A DNA stretch of 64,000 nucleotides. It comes from Octopus sinensis (taxonomy: Eukaryota). Under the pieces are notes generated by a model that did not search any database, was not told the origin of the DNA, and saw only the letters and a list, made by a program, of their open reading frames with translations. Each line of letters begins with the position of its first letter. The first letter of the stretch is position 1. The stretch is from the NCBI RefSeq assembly GCF_006345805.1, contig NC_043004.1:13082001-13146000 (forward strand). Direction: 5' to 3'. Shown piece after piece: positions 49,730 to 64,000 of this stretch. Position numbers and translations under genes: made by a program.

Positions 49730-50260
49730 ACCCGACTTTCTTTCTACGAGAAACTATGGACGTAACGTCAGGTTTTTATATTTTTCGCAACTAGCTCAGT
49801 AAATATGCTCAAGTGATAAGTTAATTTATATTTCAAGAGGAATAACTTGAAAGCTATACAACTATAAAGGCTTTAAAAATGCAATTATAATTTTTAGAAA
49901 AGTCTAACTTCAAAGAATTTCTTTCAGCGATAAAACTAATATTGATTTAATATTTTTATTTCCTGGATTTATAGTCAACTATTTAAAACCAATTTTAAAA
50001 TATTTTGTGTTTGTATTGATTAGTAAATCGTAGCAAAATGTTTACAGCTAATTCAATATGAGAATTTACTCCTTGATACTTGATATAATCTGTGGCCTAG
50101 TTTGACAACATCACATGATCCTTGACTGCAATCGACCCAACGACGTTCCTCATCTGTGACTATCGCTCCATTTTTTGATCACTTAGGAACAGAAGACAAT
50201 AAAACTCCCATATGCGGCTGCATTTCTTCCAATGTCGGAACCACAAAAAGAACATTTTTC
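49730..50260 (-). pseudogene. Possible decayed transmembrane plus TIR-domain remnant
   Basis: Minus-strand fragments in TIR-like order: GSFIVFCS*VIKKW (TM/stop-transfer), GAIVTDEERRWV (box 1-like), KSILVLS, IIIAFLKPL…IPLEI…HIY*…FLVE. Many disruptions. Confidence 0.25.
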
Positions 50261-51059
50261 AATATATATTTTTTTGATGTGAAAGATATTTTCTTGTTAC
50301 TTATTGGAGGTTGAGGGACTGCTATACAGCCCCTCCTTCTTCAATTGTTAACGTTCACCATATAAATATACATTAATGGGAAAGGGTCTCAACTACTAAA
50401 CCCTTTATGAATATAAAGATTTTCTTATTTAGCTATTTAACTGGCCAATACAATTCTCTGTCATGGCCATGCAGGAACAACGTCTCATGTACTATAAGCA
50501 TTGTAACATTCAGTGTTTATTTTGCATTGCGATTTTTATGTTCTAATGCATATTTTATTGATATTTAAACTGTCGTTAACCCTGAACCAGTAGTCTTATG
50601 ATTAAGGTTTCTCAGTGTAGATGGTACTACGAGCTGTATGTATATGCGTAAATGTATGTATATGTATATATATACATACACACACACACACACACAATAT
50701 ATATATAGATATATTATATATATGTGGTGGTGTGTGTGTGTGTTTGCTGTGTGTGTGTGTGGTGTGTGTGTGTGTGTGTGTGTTTGTGTGTATGTGTGTG
50801 TGTGTGTTGTACTTATATATATATATATATATATTTATATTATATAGAGGGTACTACTATTCATAGATACCGCACGCTAGGAGGGACCCTTGCGGTCAAA
50901 ACTACTAAAATAAACAAATTGTACCGAATGCAAAACTTCAAAGCAAGTCATTTAAAAAAAGAATTAGTTAGTTACATAACACCTGTGATTTCGCAATTAA
51001 TGCAGAATATGCATTCTATGCTCATCAGTGCAACAAACTCAAGACATATAAGACATATA

Positions 51060-51113
<54 letters not shown>

Positions 51114-51612
51114 CGAGAGACAGACAGACAGATCCACAGGCAGACAAATAGATAGACAGATACACATGCATATATAACATGTGCCAACCGTTCATCCATA
51201 TTACGATTGTTTCCTCCCAATTTTTTTCCTCTCTCCATGTTTTCTATCTTTAAGCCTATTCAAGCCTAACTAATTGATTGATTGATTATGCAATTGGTAA
51301 AATACTCAATTAACTATTCGAATGACTGTCTATATAGTATATATATACATAAACATCAGTATTTGTGTGTATATGTGCGTGTGTGAGTGTTTTTGTGTGT
51401 GTGAGTGTTTTGTGTGTGTGTGTGTGTATGTGTGTGTGTGTGAATGTATGTACGTTTGTACTGTGATTTTTTTCGTTCAAATCTATGACACTAGCCGCTA
51501 AGGATATTATTTTCAGATCCCTTTCCTTTATATATATATATACATACGTACGTATATGCATACAAAATCACACACACACACACACACACACACACCACAT
51601 ATATATATATAC

Positions 51613-51672
<60 letters not shown>

Positions 51673-52611
51673 ATATATATATATATATAAATATATGTAT
51701 ATGTGTGTGTGTGTATATATAAATACCATATATATGCACACACACACACACTCACACGTACACACATATATTCCATAATCGCATACATGCATGCGCGACG
51801 CTCACACAAACGTGTATCCTCTAATGTATCCGTCCTATTATTTCAGCCGTTGAAAACTTGAATGAAACTCGAATTCGAGAGAACAGTGGCTGCTATTTTT
51901 AGGAAACAATGTTAGCGACTGCGTAAAGAATTCCTCGTTGACTTTTTGTGCGTGAGTATGTGTAGCTGACATAACAGTGATTTGCTGGAAGCTATTTCAC
52001 ACTGATTCTAACCAGTTAAACATGTCTAGTCTGGAATGTCGAATAGAAACTTTTTGAAGTAATGTTTAAAAATCTTCCACAGGCGCCATTATTATGCTTT
52101 CCTCATTTTTCTGAGTAAATAATTAAAGAACGGCGAATCCCCAAAGGCATAGGCTATTGTATTATAATGATTTTATTTAACTGTCAGCTGGTTAGATGCC
52201 TTTTGGCAGTTGGCACTTGGCATAAACTTATTTCGTAAAATAAATCAGTATTTATATAACGGTTATTTCATGTTACTATTATGGATAGGTAACAACAGTG
52301 AAAGATTTGTGTAAATGATGATGCTTTGCCCCTTAATGTTCTGAGATCAAATCCTACCAACATGGATTAATCTATCGACTTATAAATAAAAAAAGCCGTT
52401 ATAAGTAAAGTATCAGTTAAGAACTAATGACAACACTATCAATTATGCCGTCTCAGAAAATTTGCGATACTACGCCAATGCTAAAAAGGATTATCTGGAG
52501 AAATAGTCTGACATTTAGTAAATGTGTCAATTGAACTTTTGTCTTCAAATCATTCGGCGGTTGGCTTTGCCTATCTTTCTCTATACTTCGATAAGATAGA
52601 TACTATTATAT

Positions 52612-52900
52612 GTGGAGGCACGTGGCCTAGTGTTTAGAGCAGAGGTCGAGGGATCGTGGATTCGAATCTCAGACCGGGCGATCTGTGTGTTTATGACCGA
52701 AACACCTAAGCTCCACGCGGCTCCGGCAGAAGGTAATTGGCGAACATCTGAGACTCTTTCCCCGCAACTTTCTCTCACTCTTTCCGCCTGCATCTTGCAG
52801 CTCACCTGCGACGGACCGGCGTCCCGTCCAGGTGGGGAACCTATACGCCACGGGAAACCGTCCCTAATGAGCCAGGCGTGACTCGAGGAGGAACAAACAA
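52612..52900 (+). mobile_element. tRNA-derived SINE, family B, tail type 3
   Basis: GTGGAGGCACGTGGCCTAGTG…GGATTCGAATCTCAGACCGGGCG head, family B body, then a distinct tail GCGACGGACCGGCGTCCCGTCCAGGTGGGG…GGAAACCG. Confidence 0.85.
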
Positions 52901-53274
52901 TTATATGTACTAAGCTAGTGGTTCTCAACCATTTTTTAAAACTATGGGCCTCTTTGATTCTTTGAATATTATTAGGAATTGTATTTAAAGAAAATAATTG
53001 TAAAAATATTTGGTGTAGTGTAGATATGTAATAATTTTGCTGCTCATAAATCTTAACCAAAAGTTTTATATGGAACTCCAAAGGGTAGTATTGAGAGCCA
53101 CTATACAAAGAGAAAGGTCCTGTTCCTGATGGCGTCCAAACAACCATGCTTTTCGGGTATTGGTGTATCCCAGTCTGCTGGTGACCCGTAACCCACTGTA
53201 AATGTTTATTTCATAGAATCTGTAGCTACCTCTGTAGAAGTATATATACATGTATATGGTTGCTGTATTTTTTT

Positions 53275-53507
53275 AGGCGGTGAGCTGGCCGAAACGTTGC
53301 ACGCCGGGCGAAATGCGTAGCCGTATTTCGTCTGCCGTTACGTTCTGAGTTCAAATTCCGCCGAGGTCGACTTTGCCTTTCATCCTTTTGGGGTCGATTA
53401 AATAAGTACCAGTTACGCACTGGGTTCGATATAATCGACTTAATCCGTTTGTCTGTCCTTGTTTGTCCCCTCTGTGTGTAGCCCCTTGTGGGTAGTAAAG
53501 AAATAGG
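53275..53507 (+). mobile_element. SINE family D, full-length, with an imperfect target-site duplication
   Basis: AGGCGGTGAGCTGGCCGAAACG…GTTCTGAGTTCAAATTCCG (B box)…GGGGTCGATTAAATAAGTACCAG…GTAAAGAAATAGG. Flanked by GGTTGCTGTATTTTT and GGTTGGCGTATTTTT. Confidence 0.8.
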
Positions 53508-54786
53508 TTGGCGTATTTTTAGACAATTCAGTTATGTTTCATAAATAACACATAATAGGGTCTATTTCTACGCCGGATATATTTCCAGCCTATGGACACC
53601 TGGGTCACTGCCCCAACACCTTTCCACTCCGCCACTCTGCTCATCGAAACATTTGCAAATAAGCAATAGTTCTATTGTCTGTTCTGGATTATACAACTTT
53701 TATTATATCGCTCATCGCATGTTATTTATCTATTTCTATGCATTGGGCGATTACAAATGTACAAAATGTAGTGACTAAACAAAACATACTGCATTACGGA
53801 GATGTTAATTTACTTACTGAATGATGACATTTCATTTTACCGATATCCCGAGAGTCACAATTGACAACCCACTTGCACAGATCTATGCGCCGCAATCTTT
53901 CTCTGGTTTGCTCTTTTCAGATCTGCAAAAAGCAACTCAATCCTATAAATGCCTTCTCCCACTGCAGCACAGTATATGAGCAAGCAATTTCAAATATTAA
54001 TGGTAATATTAATGATAAAACCCTTCCCCTGATCTTTGTGGTTTAGTACCAATGTAGGATCTAACAGTATTTAATAAGAAAACGCTTAGATGTTACAGAG
54101 CCAATGTAATTTTAGACTGAAATTCACTATTTTGAGTTCAGTTTCCACAACGGCATTTTCGTTCTCTTTTCCACGACCAGTAACAGAATCGAACTTTTAG
54201 ATTGACTTTTAAAGCTCAAATTGAGTAACCCTTCTATGCACTATTCAAACAAAATCGAAAGATACCACCCCAGAGAAGTTTTAAATAAGTTAACCAGTAA
54301 CATATGACATTAAAATAAAAATTGCTTACCGCAAATAGAAAAAAAGTTGACGATCAACTTCTGTCATCATTTTGATATTTATTCAAAGAATATATAGCAT
54401 ATAGACTGTGAGAAATTTAGAGATATAGGTCACACATTGGAATAGCTTTATAGAAGTAGGTCACAGAAAGAAAAATATTTTCATTAAATTATCTAAAATC
54501 AGGAAGTTTTAAGTGAAATATTTCGTCCTTCATTCGGCTTGATATATTTTATTTATATTTTATTTGTTCTTATTTATGTTCAGTTATGGTAAAGCTTGAA
54601 ACTACATGGCATTTTAAGGGAAACAATTTTAGGCTAAAGTTTCGGAAATATGTGTGTGAGTGTGACGTGTGTGTATATGTGTATATGCATGTAGATAAGT
54701 ATGTATGTACACACACACACACGCACACACACACACATATATATATACAAACGCACACGTATATGCGTAATTATTTTATATATATT

Positions 54787-54826
<40 letters not shown>

Positions 54827-54897
54827 GTCTATATAATTAATTTATATATATAATTTAAGGAAAATATTTGCTTTATATATATATATATATATACAGG

Positions 54898-54956
<59 letters not shown>

Positions 54957-54984
54957 ATTATATATATATATATTCTTTTATTCT

Positions 54985-55322
54985 TTTCTTCTATAACTTG
55001 TTTCAGTAACTTGACTGCGGCCATGGTGCATTTAGACGAACTAATCGACCCGAAGATTTACTCATTGTAAGCCTAGTACTTATTCTAGAGACCTCTTTAG
55101 CCGAACTGCTATATCATGGGGACGTAAACACACCAACATCGGTTGTCAAGTGATGGTGGGAGGACAAACACTGACACACAAACACACATACACATACACA
55201 CACATATATATACGAAGGGCTTCTTTCAGTTTCCCTCTACCAAATCCACTCACAGGGCTTTGGTCGGCCCCATGGTATAGTAGAAGACACTTGCCCGAGG
55301 TGACACGCCCACGGTACCCAAG
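54985..55322 (-). mobile_element. SINE family C, 5'-truncated
   Basis: Reverse complement of 59975-60300 (CTTGTTTCAGT…GACTGCGGCCATG…GGGGACGTAAACACACCAACATCGGTTGTCAAG…CCAAATCCACTCACA.GGCTTTGGTCGGCCC). Confidence 0.85.
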
Positions 55323-55664
55323 CTACTTATCACACAGCCACACCTGTACATATAAATATATATATATATATATATATATGTATGATGTGTGTGGTGTGTG
55401 TGTGGTGTGTGTGTGTGGTGTGTGTGGTATGCATATATACATGTATATGTATTTGAAATTAAATAAGGCTAGAAATTGATATTAATCAATTAAAACCAGT
55501 GGCCTAGCATATTTTAAAAAATCCGAAGATTAAAATTTTTTTTACATACAAGAAAAAGCTCAGCTGGTTTTTTTCTTGAGAACCACATTCTTCGTGAAAA
55601 ATAGCGAATTTGACATCTATATCTAACAATAGACTGTCCACTTTTAGTGGTCAGTCCTCTAAAT

Positions 55665-55696
<32 letters not shown>

Positions 55697-56486
55697 ATAT
55701 ATATATAAATACATATATACATATATAACATATATATGCTTGGATGTGTGGAAGTATATATAGGTATGTATTCATATATATATATATATAATACCCCTAT
55801 TGGTATGCTTGTATATATGTGTATGTCGTGAGTATTTATATTATAATTGGTATTTTCCAACCTGATGTAGATCGTGAAAAGAAACCAGAACGGGGTACAT
55901 AGATAGAATGCTTGTGTGGGAGTGGAACAAGATATAAAAAATAACAAAGGTTTTCATTACAGAGGTCCATTTCGTAAAACTAAGTTATCATAAAATACAC
56001 TCTCATATAAACAGCGCACATACACTCAATACACACACACACATACACATACACACACAAACATCCTTCAGATACACATGCAACAGAATGGATTTTACAT
56101 CAACGATCCACCATTTTTCGATTCTTCCATCAAATTTCTTCCGATTCTCTCTTGAATTACACGGCCATTTAGAATTGTAAAAATGGCTAATTCATTGCAT
56201 GTACTTGTGAGTTTATGTATGCCTACGATATGCGAGTGTGTGGTGGAATATTTGCGTCGGAATGGCTATTCGTGTGTTCAATGTTATGTGCGTGAATTGT
56301 GAATTGGGTTGTGTTGATTGTGATGTGTTTTCATGATCAAGTAAGATTATCTGACGTACTACGCGTGAGTCGAGAAACACCCATGTCTCTGTGTGAGTAT
56401 ATATATATATAATATATATGTTGTATATATATATATTTATGTGTGTGAATGTATGTAATGTATATTATAATTATATATATAATATA

Positions 56487-56526
<40 letters not shown>

Positions 56527-56739
56527 CCATATGTTTAGACACAAGTACACACATGTGTGTCTGTGTGTGTGTTTGGAGGGTGTATTAGAGAGAGAGAGAC
56601 AGGAAGAATGTGAGATTGAATGTTCTTGCGTGTGACGGTGTAAGCAACTGATAAAATGTTCGTATGTTTATTGTTAAAGGCCACACACATGTTTATATAT
56701 ACATGTATATATATGTATATACATATGTATATATTATAT

Positions 56740-56771
<32 letters not shown>

Positions 56772-56804
56772 GATATATATATACCTAAATATATATATAT
56801 ATCA

Positions 56805-56843
<39 letters not shown>

Positions 56844-57344
56844 TGTGTGTGTGTATATAATGACACAGTCATATCTACCACCATCATGCATCATTTATTC
56901 ATTCAAACATGTATAGATATGTGTGCTTGAGCGCCTGTATTTGTGTGTGTATGTCTCTGTGTTTATACGATAGAGAGCAATTGGCAGAGAAGGTGAACGG
57001 GAGAGAGAGAGAGGGTGGGATAGAAAGAAAAAGAGAGGAGCGTACAATTGCGTATCTTTGTATATGTTGAAATTTAGTCGCTCCACACGTCTAGTTGTGC
57101 CTGCTAGTATGCTTTGTGACTCCGTATATTTACCCGTATATATACGTATGAATATTGAATTTTATGTGCGTGCCAAGTTAAGTGTGACTACGTGTCTATA
57201 TATCTATAAACACTCACGCACACACACACACACACATACACACAAACATACACACACACAAATTTTTCTTTTTTACATTTCTTCACATGCACTAGTACGT
57301 ATTTATGATTTCACTAGATGCGTGTGTTTGCATGAATGTATACG

Positions 57345-57378
<34 letters not shown>

Positions 57379-57439
57379 ATATAAAGAGAGAGAGGAGAGA
57401 GAGAGAGAGAGAGAGAGAGATGTATATATATACATATAT

Positions 57440-57492
<53 letters not shown>

Positions 57493-57617
57493 TATATATA
57501 TATTATATATATATATATATATAATATATGTATGCGTACATGTATATATATATATATATTTATATATGTATATGTAGATGTATACACACACACACACACA
57601 CACACCACACACACAAC

Positions 57618-57652
<35 letters not shown>

Positions 57653-58589
57653 CTTATATATATATACCTATATATATGTATGTGTGTATAATACATATAT
57701 ATATATATGTATTTATGTATGTATGTATGTATGTATGTATGCATGCATGTACAAATTTGTATATATGTAACAAAAAGAAACAAGGGGACGCTTTCTCGCC
57801 TGTTTATCGGCCATTCCAAGGCCTTTTCAATGAAAGCTAGTGTTGAAATGGTAAGTAGCGATCTATAATAGAGGCCTTACGACTTCAAAGAATTCCAAAA
57901 ATGCTATTAGATTAGCGAGCTTTTAAGCCGTGTTTTACTGCAGGAGCAAACTGTAAAAGATAACTAAATTCAAGAAGTGAGGACCAATGAACACATAATG
58001 GATTCAGTAAGTCAGTAAATGTTCCATTAGAGAAACTGTTGAACCAGAATAGAAACTGTAGTTTGATTTTTTCCACTTCCTCCTCCACACCTTCTGTCAC
58101 GCTTACACAACCACAAACATAAACACACAAACACGAACACACACACACATACATGTATGTACACGCACACACGTACACTCAAGCACGTACACACATACAT
58201 TACTCTCTCCGCCTTCACTCAGCTCTTTTCTGTTTTATACATACACATATACAAACGCAAATCCATCCACCCATCCATCCATACATATAATCATACATGT
58301 ACACAGACACAGACGCGCGCACACATTCACACATACTTCTATTTCCGCCTATTCTTACTGTTTTATATATATATATAAATATATATATATATACATATAT
58401 ATGACGCACATACATAATACATATATACATACATACACTCATATAATACATTTACAACAATATATGTACACACACGCATGCATCCATACTCAGCCACACA
58501 TTCGCACAAATACACATTATGTACAACACGGTTTCGCTGTGATATTATATATACATACATATATATATATACATACTATATATATATAT

Positions 58590-58653
<64 letters not shown>

Positions 58654-59008
58654 CATACATATATATACAATATATTCTACATATATTTATATATATGCAC
58701 ATAATGCATCTATATATATACATATGAGTGTGTCTGTGTATGTATGTATGTATGTATGTATATATATATTGTCATGGTTTTTACCTATGTGTATAGACAT
58801 GTGTATGTGCGAAATGCGTATTTAGATATGAATACCTTACATTTATATATATATGTATGTTCGTATCTACCTATTTCTCCGTCTGTCTTTTTATCGATTC
58901 GTCTCATTCCTTTATCTCTGCCAATATCTGTATGTAATATGTATGTATGTATGTATATATATATATATATATATGTGTGTATATATATACATAATATATA
59001 TATGTGTG

Positions 59009-59050
<42 letters not shown>

Positions 59051-59204
59051 TATATATATATATTAATGTATGTATCCTTATGTATATGTATACATACACG
59101 TACGTGCCTTAAGAGATACATAAATATATACATATATATGCATACACACACTCACACACACACACACATATATATATACATATATATATATACACATAGA
59201 TGTA

Positions 59205-59282
<78 letters not shown>

Positions 59283-59349
59283 GACAGGGATGGGGAAGCA
59301 GAGACTGGCATACATATTGTCATACATACATAGAAAAACACATGCATAC

Positions 59350-59720
59350 ATTTGCTAACATGGATGATAAATTACTTGGAACGCACACAATATATTGATA
59401 ACAGCAACAAGGCTTTGGATCGAGTTTCACAAATTTTTCAATTCTTCTCACTGATCATAATTTCTAGAAATACGTTATTGTATGTTATTCCATTGCCAAG
59501 ATCGACATATGCTAGCATACCAATTACTGCCCAATCGCTCTCATATCCAACATCCTAAATTCCATAAAACTCTTCAATACCATTTAATCGTATTCCCTCT
59601 TGACTTTTTCATTCACTTTCTCAGTTGTATGTTCTCCGAGAATAAGTTGATCTCATATGAAACTAATCATTGTCTATTACCAACGATATCTTGAGAAAAG
59701 CTGATCGCTAGATTATGTTA
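59350..59720 (-). mobile_element. Decayed R4/Dong-like fragment
   Basis: LGEHTTEKVNEKVKREY…MSILAM…ITYF…SVRRIEKFVKLDPK corresponds to the same post-RT segment as 14270-14650. Confidence 0.35.
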
Positions 59721-59911
59721 ACGGATGATAACCTCAACATAGATATGCACTCTACTCTATCCCACGTGTACATTTTTCAGTTAATCTGTAGCATAAATGC
59801 AACGTGTGATCACCTTTGTTTACGGTTTTTTTTTTCATGTTTTCCTTTTGTATTTCATTTCTCAACAACAAAGAGTTTCCCTTTTCTCCGCACTCATGTA
59901 TTCCAGATTTT

Positions 59912-60318
59912 AGTGGCTGTGTGGTAAGTAGATTGCTTACCAACCACATGGTTCCGGGTTCAGTCCCGCACTCGGTGGCACCTTGAGCAAGTGTCTTCTA
60001 CTATAGCCTCGGGCCGACCAAAGCCTTGTGAGTGGATTTGGTAGATGGAAACTGAAAGAGGCCTGTCGTATATATGAATATATGTATGTATGTGTATATG
60101 TTTGTGTGTCTGTATTTGTCCCCCGAACATTGCTTGACAACCGATGCTGGTGTGTTTACGTCCCCGTAACTTAGCAGTTCGGCAAAAGTTACCAATAGAC
60201 TAAGTACTAGGCTTACAAAGAATAAGTCCTGCGGTCGATTTGCTCGACTAAAAGGCGGTGTTCCAGCATAGCCACAGTCAAATGACTGAAACAAGTAAAA
60301 GAGTAAAAAAGTAAAGAG
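59912..60318 (+). mobile_element. tRNA-derived SINE, family C, best-preserved copy
   Basis: GTGGCTGTGTGGTAAG (A box) and GGTTCCGGGTTCAGTCCC (B box), CCTTGAGCAAGTGTCTTCT body, an internal (TA/TG) tract, and an (AAAAGAGT)n-like tail. Confidence 0.88.
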
Positions 60319-60959
60319 CCTTATATTTCTATAAGTTAGCGTATTAGATGGCCTAAAGGACAGACAGGCATATGGAAAGGACCCCAATTTCAGCAGCGAA
60401 TGTTGAAGAAAAATAATGGCTTTGGAGCATTAGAGCATGTAATATAGGCCTAAATTTGCATATGGGTAATTTATTCTGAGACATTCTTTGGAAAAAATGT
60501 GCATTTTATATGTCATAAGATACGGTAACGTCCTGCTTGATTTGTCTCCGGCCCATATAAACTCTACGCTGTTGATACCACGTTTTACTTAGTGACAACA
60601 AAATACGTGCGCACACATACATACACATACAAACATAGAAACACACTTAATCACACATGCATGTACGCACACATTCGTCACTTATACTCAGCACAGAGGC
60701 CCATTGCAGATATATACAACAAATAGTGTGTAAATAAAGGAACACTCACTTTCGGGGGCTGGTCTCATCATACAAAGAAAAATTTCGGATTTGGAGATTA
60801 TGAAAGTTAGGCAGTTGGCACTGTATAGAGTATGTTTGAAGTATAATTGAGTGGGTATACATGTGAAAAAAGGAAAACGAAGACGAATGTGTATATTCTA
60901 TGTATTCAATAATTCTAAAGCATGTTTACGGAATATAATACATGTTTATGATATCTGTG

Positions 60960-61152
60960 CTATGCCAGGTAAAATGTTTAGAGGTATTTCGTCTGTCTTT
61001 ACGTTCTGAGTTCAAATATCACCCAAGACGACTTTGCCTTTCCTGTTTCTGGGGTCGATTAAAATAAGTAGCAATCAAGTATTGAGATCGATGTAAAATA
61101 ACTACCCGTTGAGCACTGAGGACGGCTTAAACCCCTGAGGTTGGACCAAAAA
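60960..61152 (+). mobile_element. SINE family D, diverged copy
   Basis: GGTATTTCGTCTGTCTTTACGTTCTGAGTTCAAAT…GACTTTGCCTTTC…GGGGTCGATTAAAATAAGTA matches 53320-53410. Confidence 0.7.
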
Positions 61153-62278
61153 TTGAAACGAATATATGTGTATGTGTGTACACGCGCACTTAAGCAAGTA
61201 CACATACAAACGCATACACATACACCCTCTTGTTGTACACTCCAGCAAAGTTGTTCTTGTCCGGTCCTTGATTTCATTAATATATCGTCTGTTACCTTAC
61301 TAACTAGTTTGCTTTCTACTACCTCCCGAGGATGTAGTTGCAGAAGATCTGTGCTCTGAGAATATGGCCAGTATATTGCAGTTTTTACAGGTAGACCTTG
61401 TCCTCAACCTTTCTTTCTTCTCATCTCCTCTATAGATGAATCTTACCTTCTACGGACCACTCGTAGTAAGTCATGTAGGAACCTATTAGTTACTTCGTGG
61501 CAGCCACCCATATGCTGCCTTATTCACTGTTATACAAATTTACAGGCTAAGAAAAGCGTTTTCAAAGATTCAATATGCTACTTTTCTCGAAACTGCAATC
61601 CTTCTGTATTCAGTGACCTCAGGGCTGATTTTACCTCAACTCATGCTCTGATTACCTGACCCCAATAAAATGTCTAGTGAGTAATAAAGCTCGAGGACTC
61701 AAACTTGTGAAGCTGAACTAACTTTACCATAGGGATCGTATAAGGAAGTTCATTTGATTCCCTACTCTCTGCTATGATTTGGGCCTTTTTAGAGCTGATC
61801 TCTATTTGAAAATTTCAAGAAATTCGAAAAATGTTCAACTAGATTTTGAACTCAACTGGCAGGATAGCAATTTGCATGATGCTGTTAACACAACAAAAGT
61901 TATTCATTTGCCGACATCTGATATATACATCTTTCTGGTCAAGATCATCCGCTGAGCTCTGAATCGCCTCATTAGATTACAGATTGAAACAGGCATGTAA
62001 AACAAGTCAGGTTCCGAACTAAATTTCTGAGGCCAAATTAGTCCGTAAACACATATTTCATTTTACCTGCGGCATTATAGACAGAGTAAAATACTTTACG
62101 ATTTATCCACTATTAAGCCTTCTACGCTCCATCAATTTTTATATCTTCCACAATGTACAATCAGACTGAGTTGAAGTCTTTTTTTTATATAAACAATGAA
62201 CGGTGCGAGGTATACTTACAAAAAGCAAGATATATGTATACTCTGTCTGTCTATCTGTTCTCTCTCTCTCTCTCTGAC

Positions 62279-62343
<65 letters not shown>

Positions 62344-62396
62344 ATATATTATATATATATATATACATACATATACTTACATACATGTACATGTAA

Positions 62397-62433
<37 letters not shown>

Positions 62434-63417
62434 ATATATATATAATATATATATATATATGTATTTATGTATGTATGTATGTATGGATGTATGCATATTA
62501 GTGTAGTCAATTGTCACAATTGTTCGGCAGTCAAATGCATTAATTTGCAGGGCAACTGTTCCGGTTTACACCTCTCACTTCAAGTCTTACCGAGATTGTC
62601 TTCGGTTTGCAGCACATTCACTTCGATACAGAAATTATCATCTTGTACCGAGTTCGTTTCTCTTCGTTTCCTCTTGAATATTCTTTCTCTCTAGTTTAGT
62701 GAAAATGAATTTATCTACGTGTCTATGTCTTCCAAAAGTCTCAGATTTTGCAAGTGAATATAGTTTTTGTTATAGCGTATGTCACTAAAATCTCTTTAAG
62801 AAGAAAACGGGAGGAAATAGAAAATGCCATTGAATGTATGCTGTGGAAAACCCACATCTATAACTGTTTCAACTGTTGCCTACGCTTACGTCTAGGATAT
62901 AAGAAGAATATTAATCATTCTCTCGTACTTCATACTCAAGCTTAAATACATAGCTTTTAAATTCAATGGTATTTCATAGGTTTCCCAAACAAATTCAGAA
63001 CAGACGTTAAATACACACAAAATCCCCCAAATCTTTAATCTCCTATGATGATGTTAAAAAATGTTTATGTGACAGACAAAAGCGCATGCAACTAAGTTCA
63101 ATAATAACACATAAGAAAACTTAATGGGAACCAGGCTACAGGTCTATTATGATATTAATGGAGACACAAAAGTTATAACACAAAAAAATATTTTCTGTCT
63201 ATAGCGGAGTAATGATGTTAGCAAAACGTTGATCGCATATTACTATTATAGACCAATCGCTTCAAAACTTAAATGTAGATGAAATACGTGTAGTTCAGAT
63301 CAAACAAAAAGGATTTAGAATCTTTGAAGTAAAATGTATTGTATTGTCATGAAAATATTAATCTATGATGAATAGAATAATAGTGAAATAGACTCATTAA
63401 TGCAATAATGATACTAA

Positions 63418-64000
63418 CTAGCGCGACCCGTGAATATTTCACGGATTTAAATGTAAACTTATTGGTTGTTTTTGAAAACTTTATCCAAAAATCTTGAAAG
63501 CGTAGTGTTTGTTTTGTTTGTATTGAAAGACAGACGCTGATCTACTACTCATTGAAAAATGAAAGAAATTGAAATACAATGATTACTTAATGCACTTACA
63601 TACTTTATGCACACTTTTATAGACTTAATACACATCACTCAGAAAATAAATATTCACTCTTATTTTTTCATTTTTTCCATAAACAAACAAAAAATCCTGT
63701 ACATATGATACAATCTTTAGTTAAATTGCATATATCTGCCGCGTAAATAACCGTGAATATTTCACGGAATTGCAATTATGCATATGCCTTAAGTAATGGG
63801 TGATATAAAATCTTAGTTCAACTTTTAAAAAAAAGCCCTTTTCACTATCCCTTTCTCACTCTCTTCAGCAAACTGTCTCCCACTGTCTCTATCCTCTTCT
63901 CTCTCCCCCTTCCTTTCTCTCACTCCTCTACATTTCTTTAACTACACCATCAGAACATCACCGCTCTGCTAAAATTATATTTTTAACTCTCCTCTTCTAC
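63418..64000 (-). mobile_element. Helitron-type 3' terminus (non-autonomous element running off the window)
   Basis: The minus strand ends CCGTGAA-ATA-TTCACGG-GTCGCG-CTAG|T, a perfect 7-bp hairpin shortly upstream of CTAG. A second copy of the hairpin lies at 63751-63767. Confidence 0.7.

Overview
AT-rich, microsatellite-saturated animal genomic DNA, probably from an octopus or another coleoid cephalopod. That assignment is inferred from my recollection of its tRNA-headed SINE families. I can support no intact host protein-coding gene, rRNA, true tRNA or CRISPR array, and most ORFs in the supplied track are translations of (AT)n/(AC)n/(TATG)n tracts. The window is a mosaic of decayed mobile elements: at least four SINE families, RTE and R4/Dong-type LINE fragments, a mariner remnant, a Chapaev-like transposase tail, Helitron pieces and two Penelope-like elements (PLEs). 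The most striking structure is a ~3.9-kb near-perfect palindrome (35595-39521) made of two tail-out copies of a young PLE (RT C-terminal half plus GIY-YIG). Each arm ends in a minimal hammerhead ribozyme whose core carries a compensatory U3-A8 pair in place of C3-G8. Three more hammerhead-like motifs lie at about 4.0, 40.7 and 46.55 kb. Other observations: a 3' R4/Dong fragment embedded in (TATG)n arrays, a zero-spacer ~190-bp foldback hairpin, and, at low confidence, scattered stop-riddled LRR and TIR-like fragments suggesting a decayed Toll-like-receptor cluster at 23.8-31.1 kb and 47.5-50.3 kb. All protein-family assignments come from motifs recognised by eye; no database search was run.
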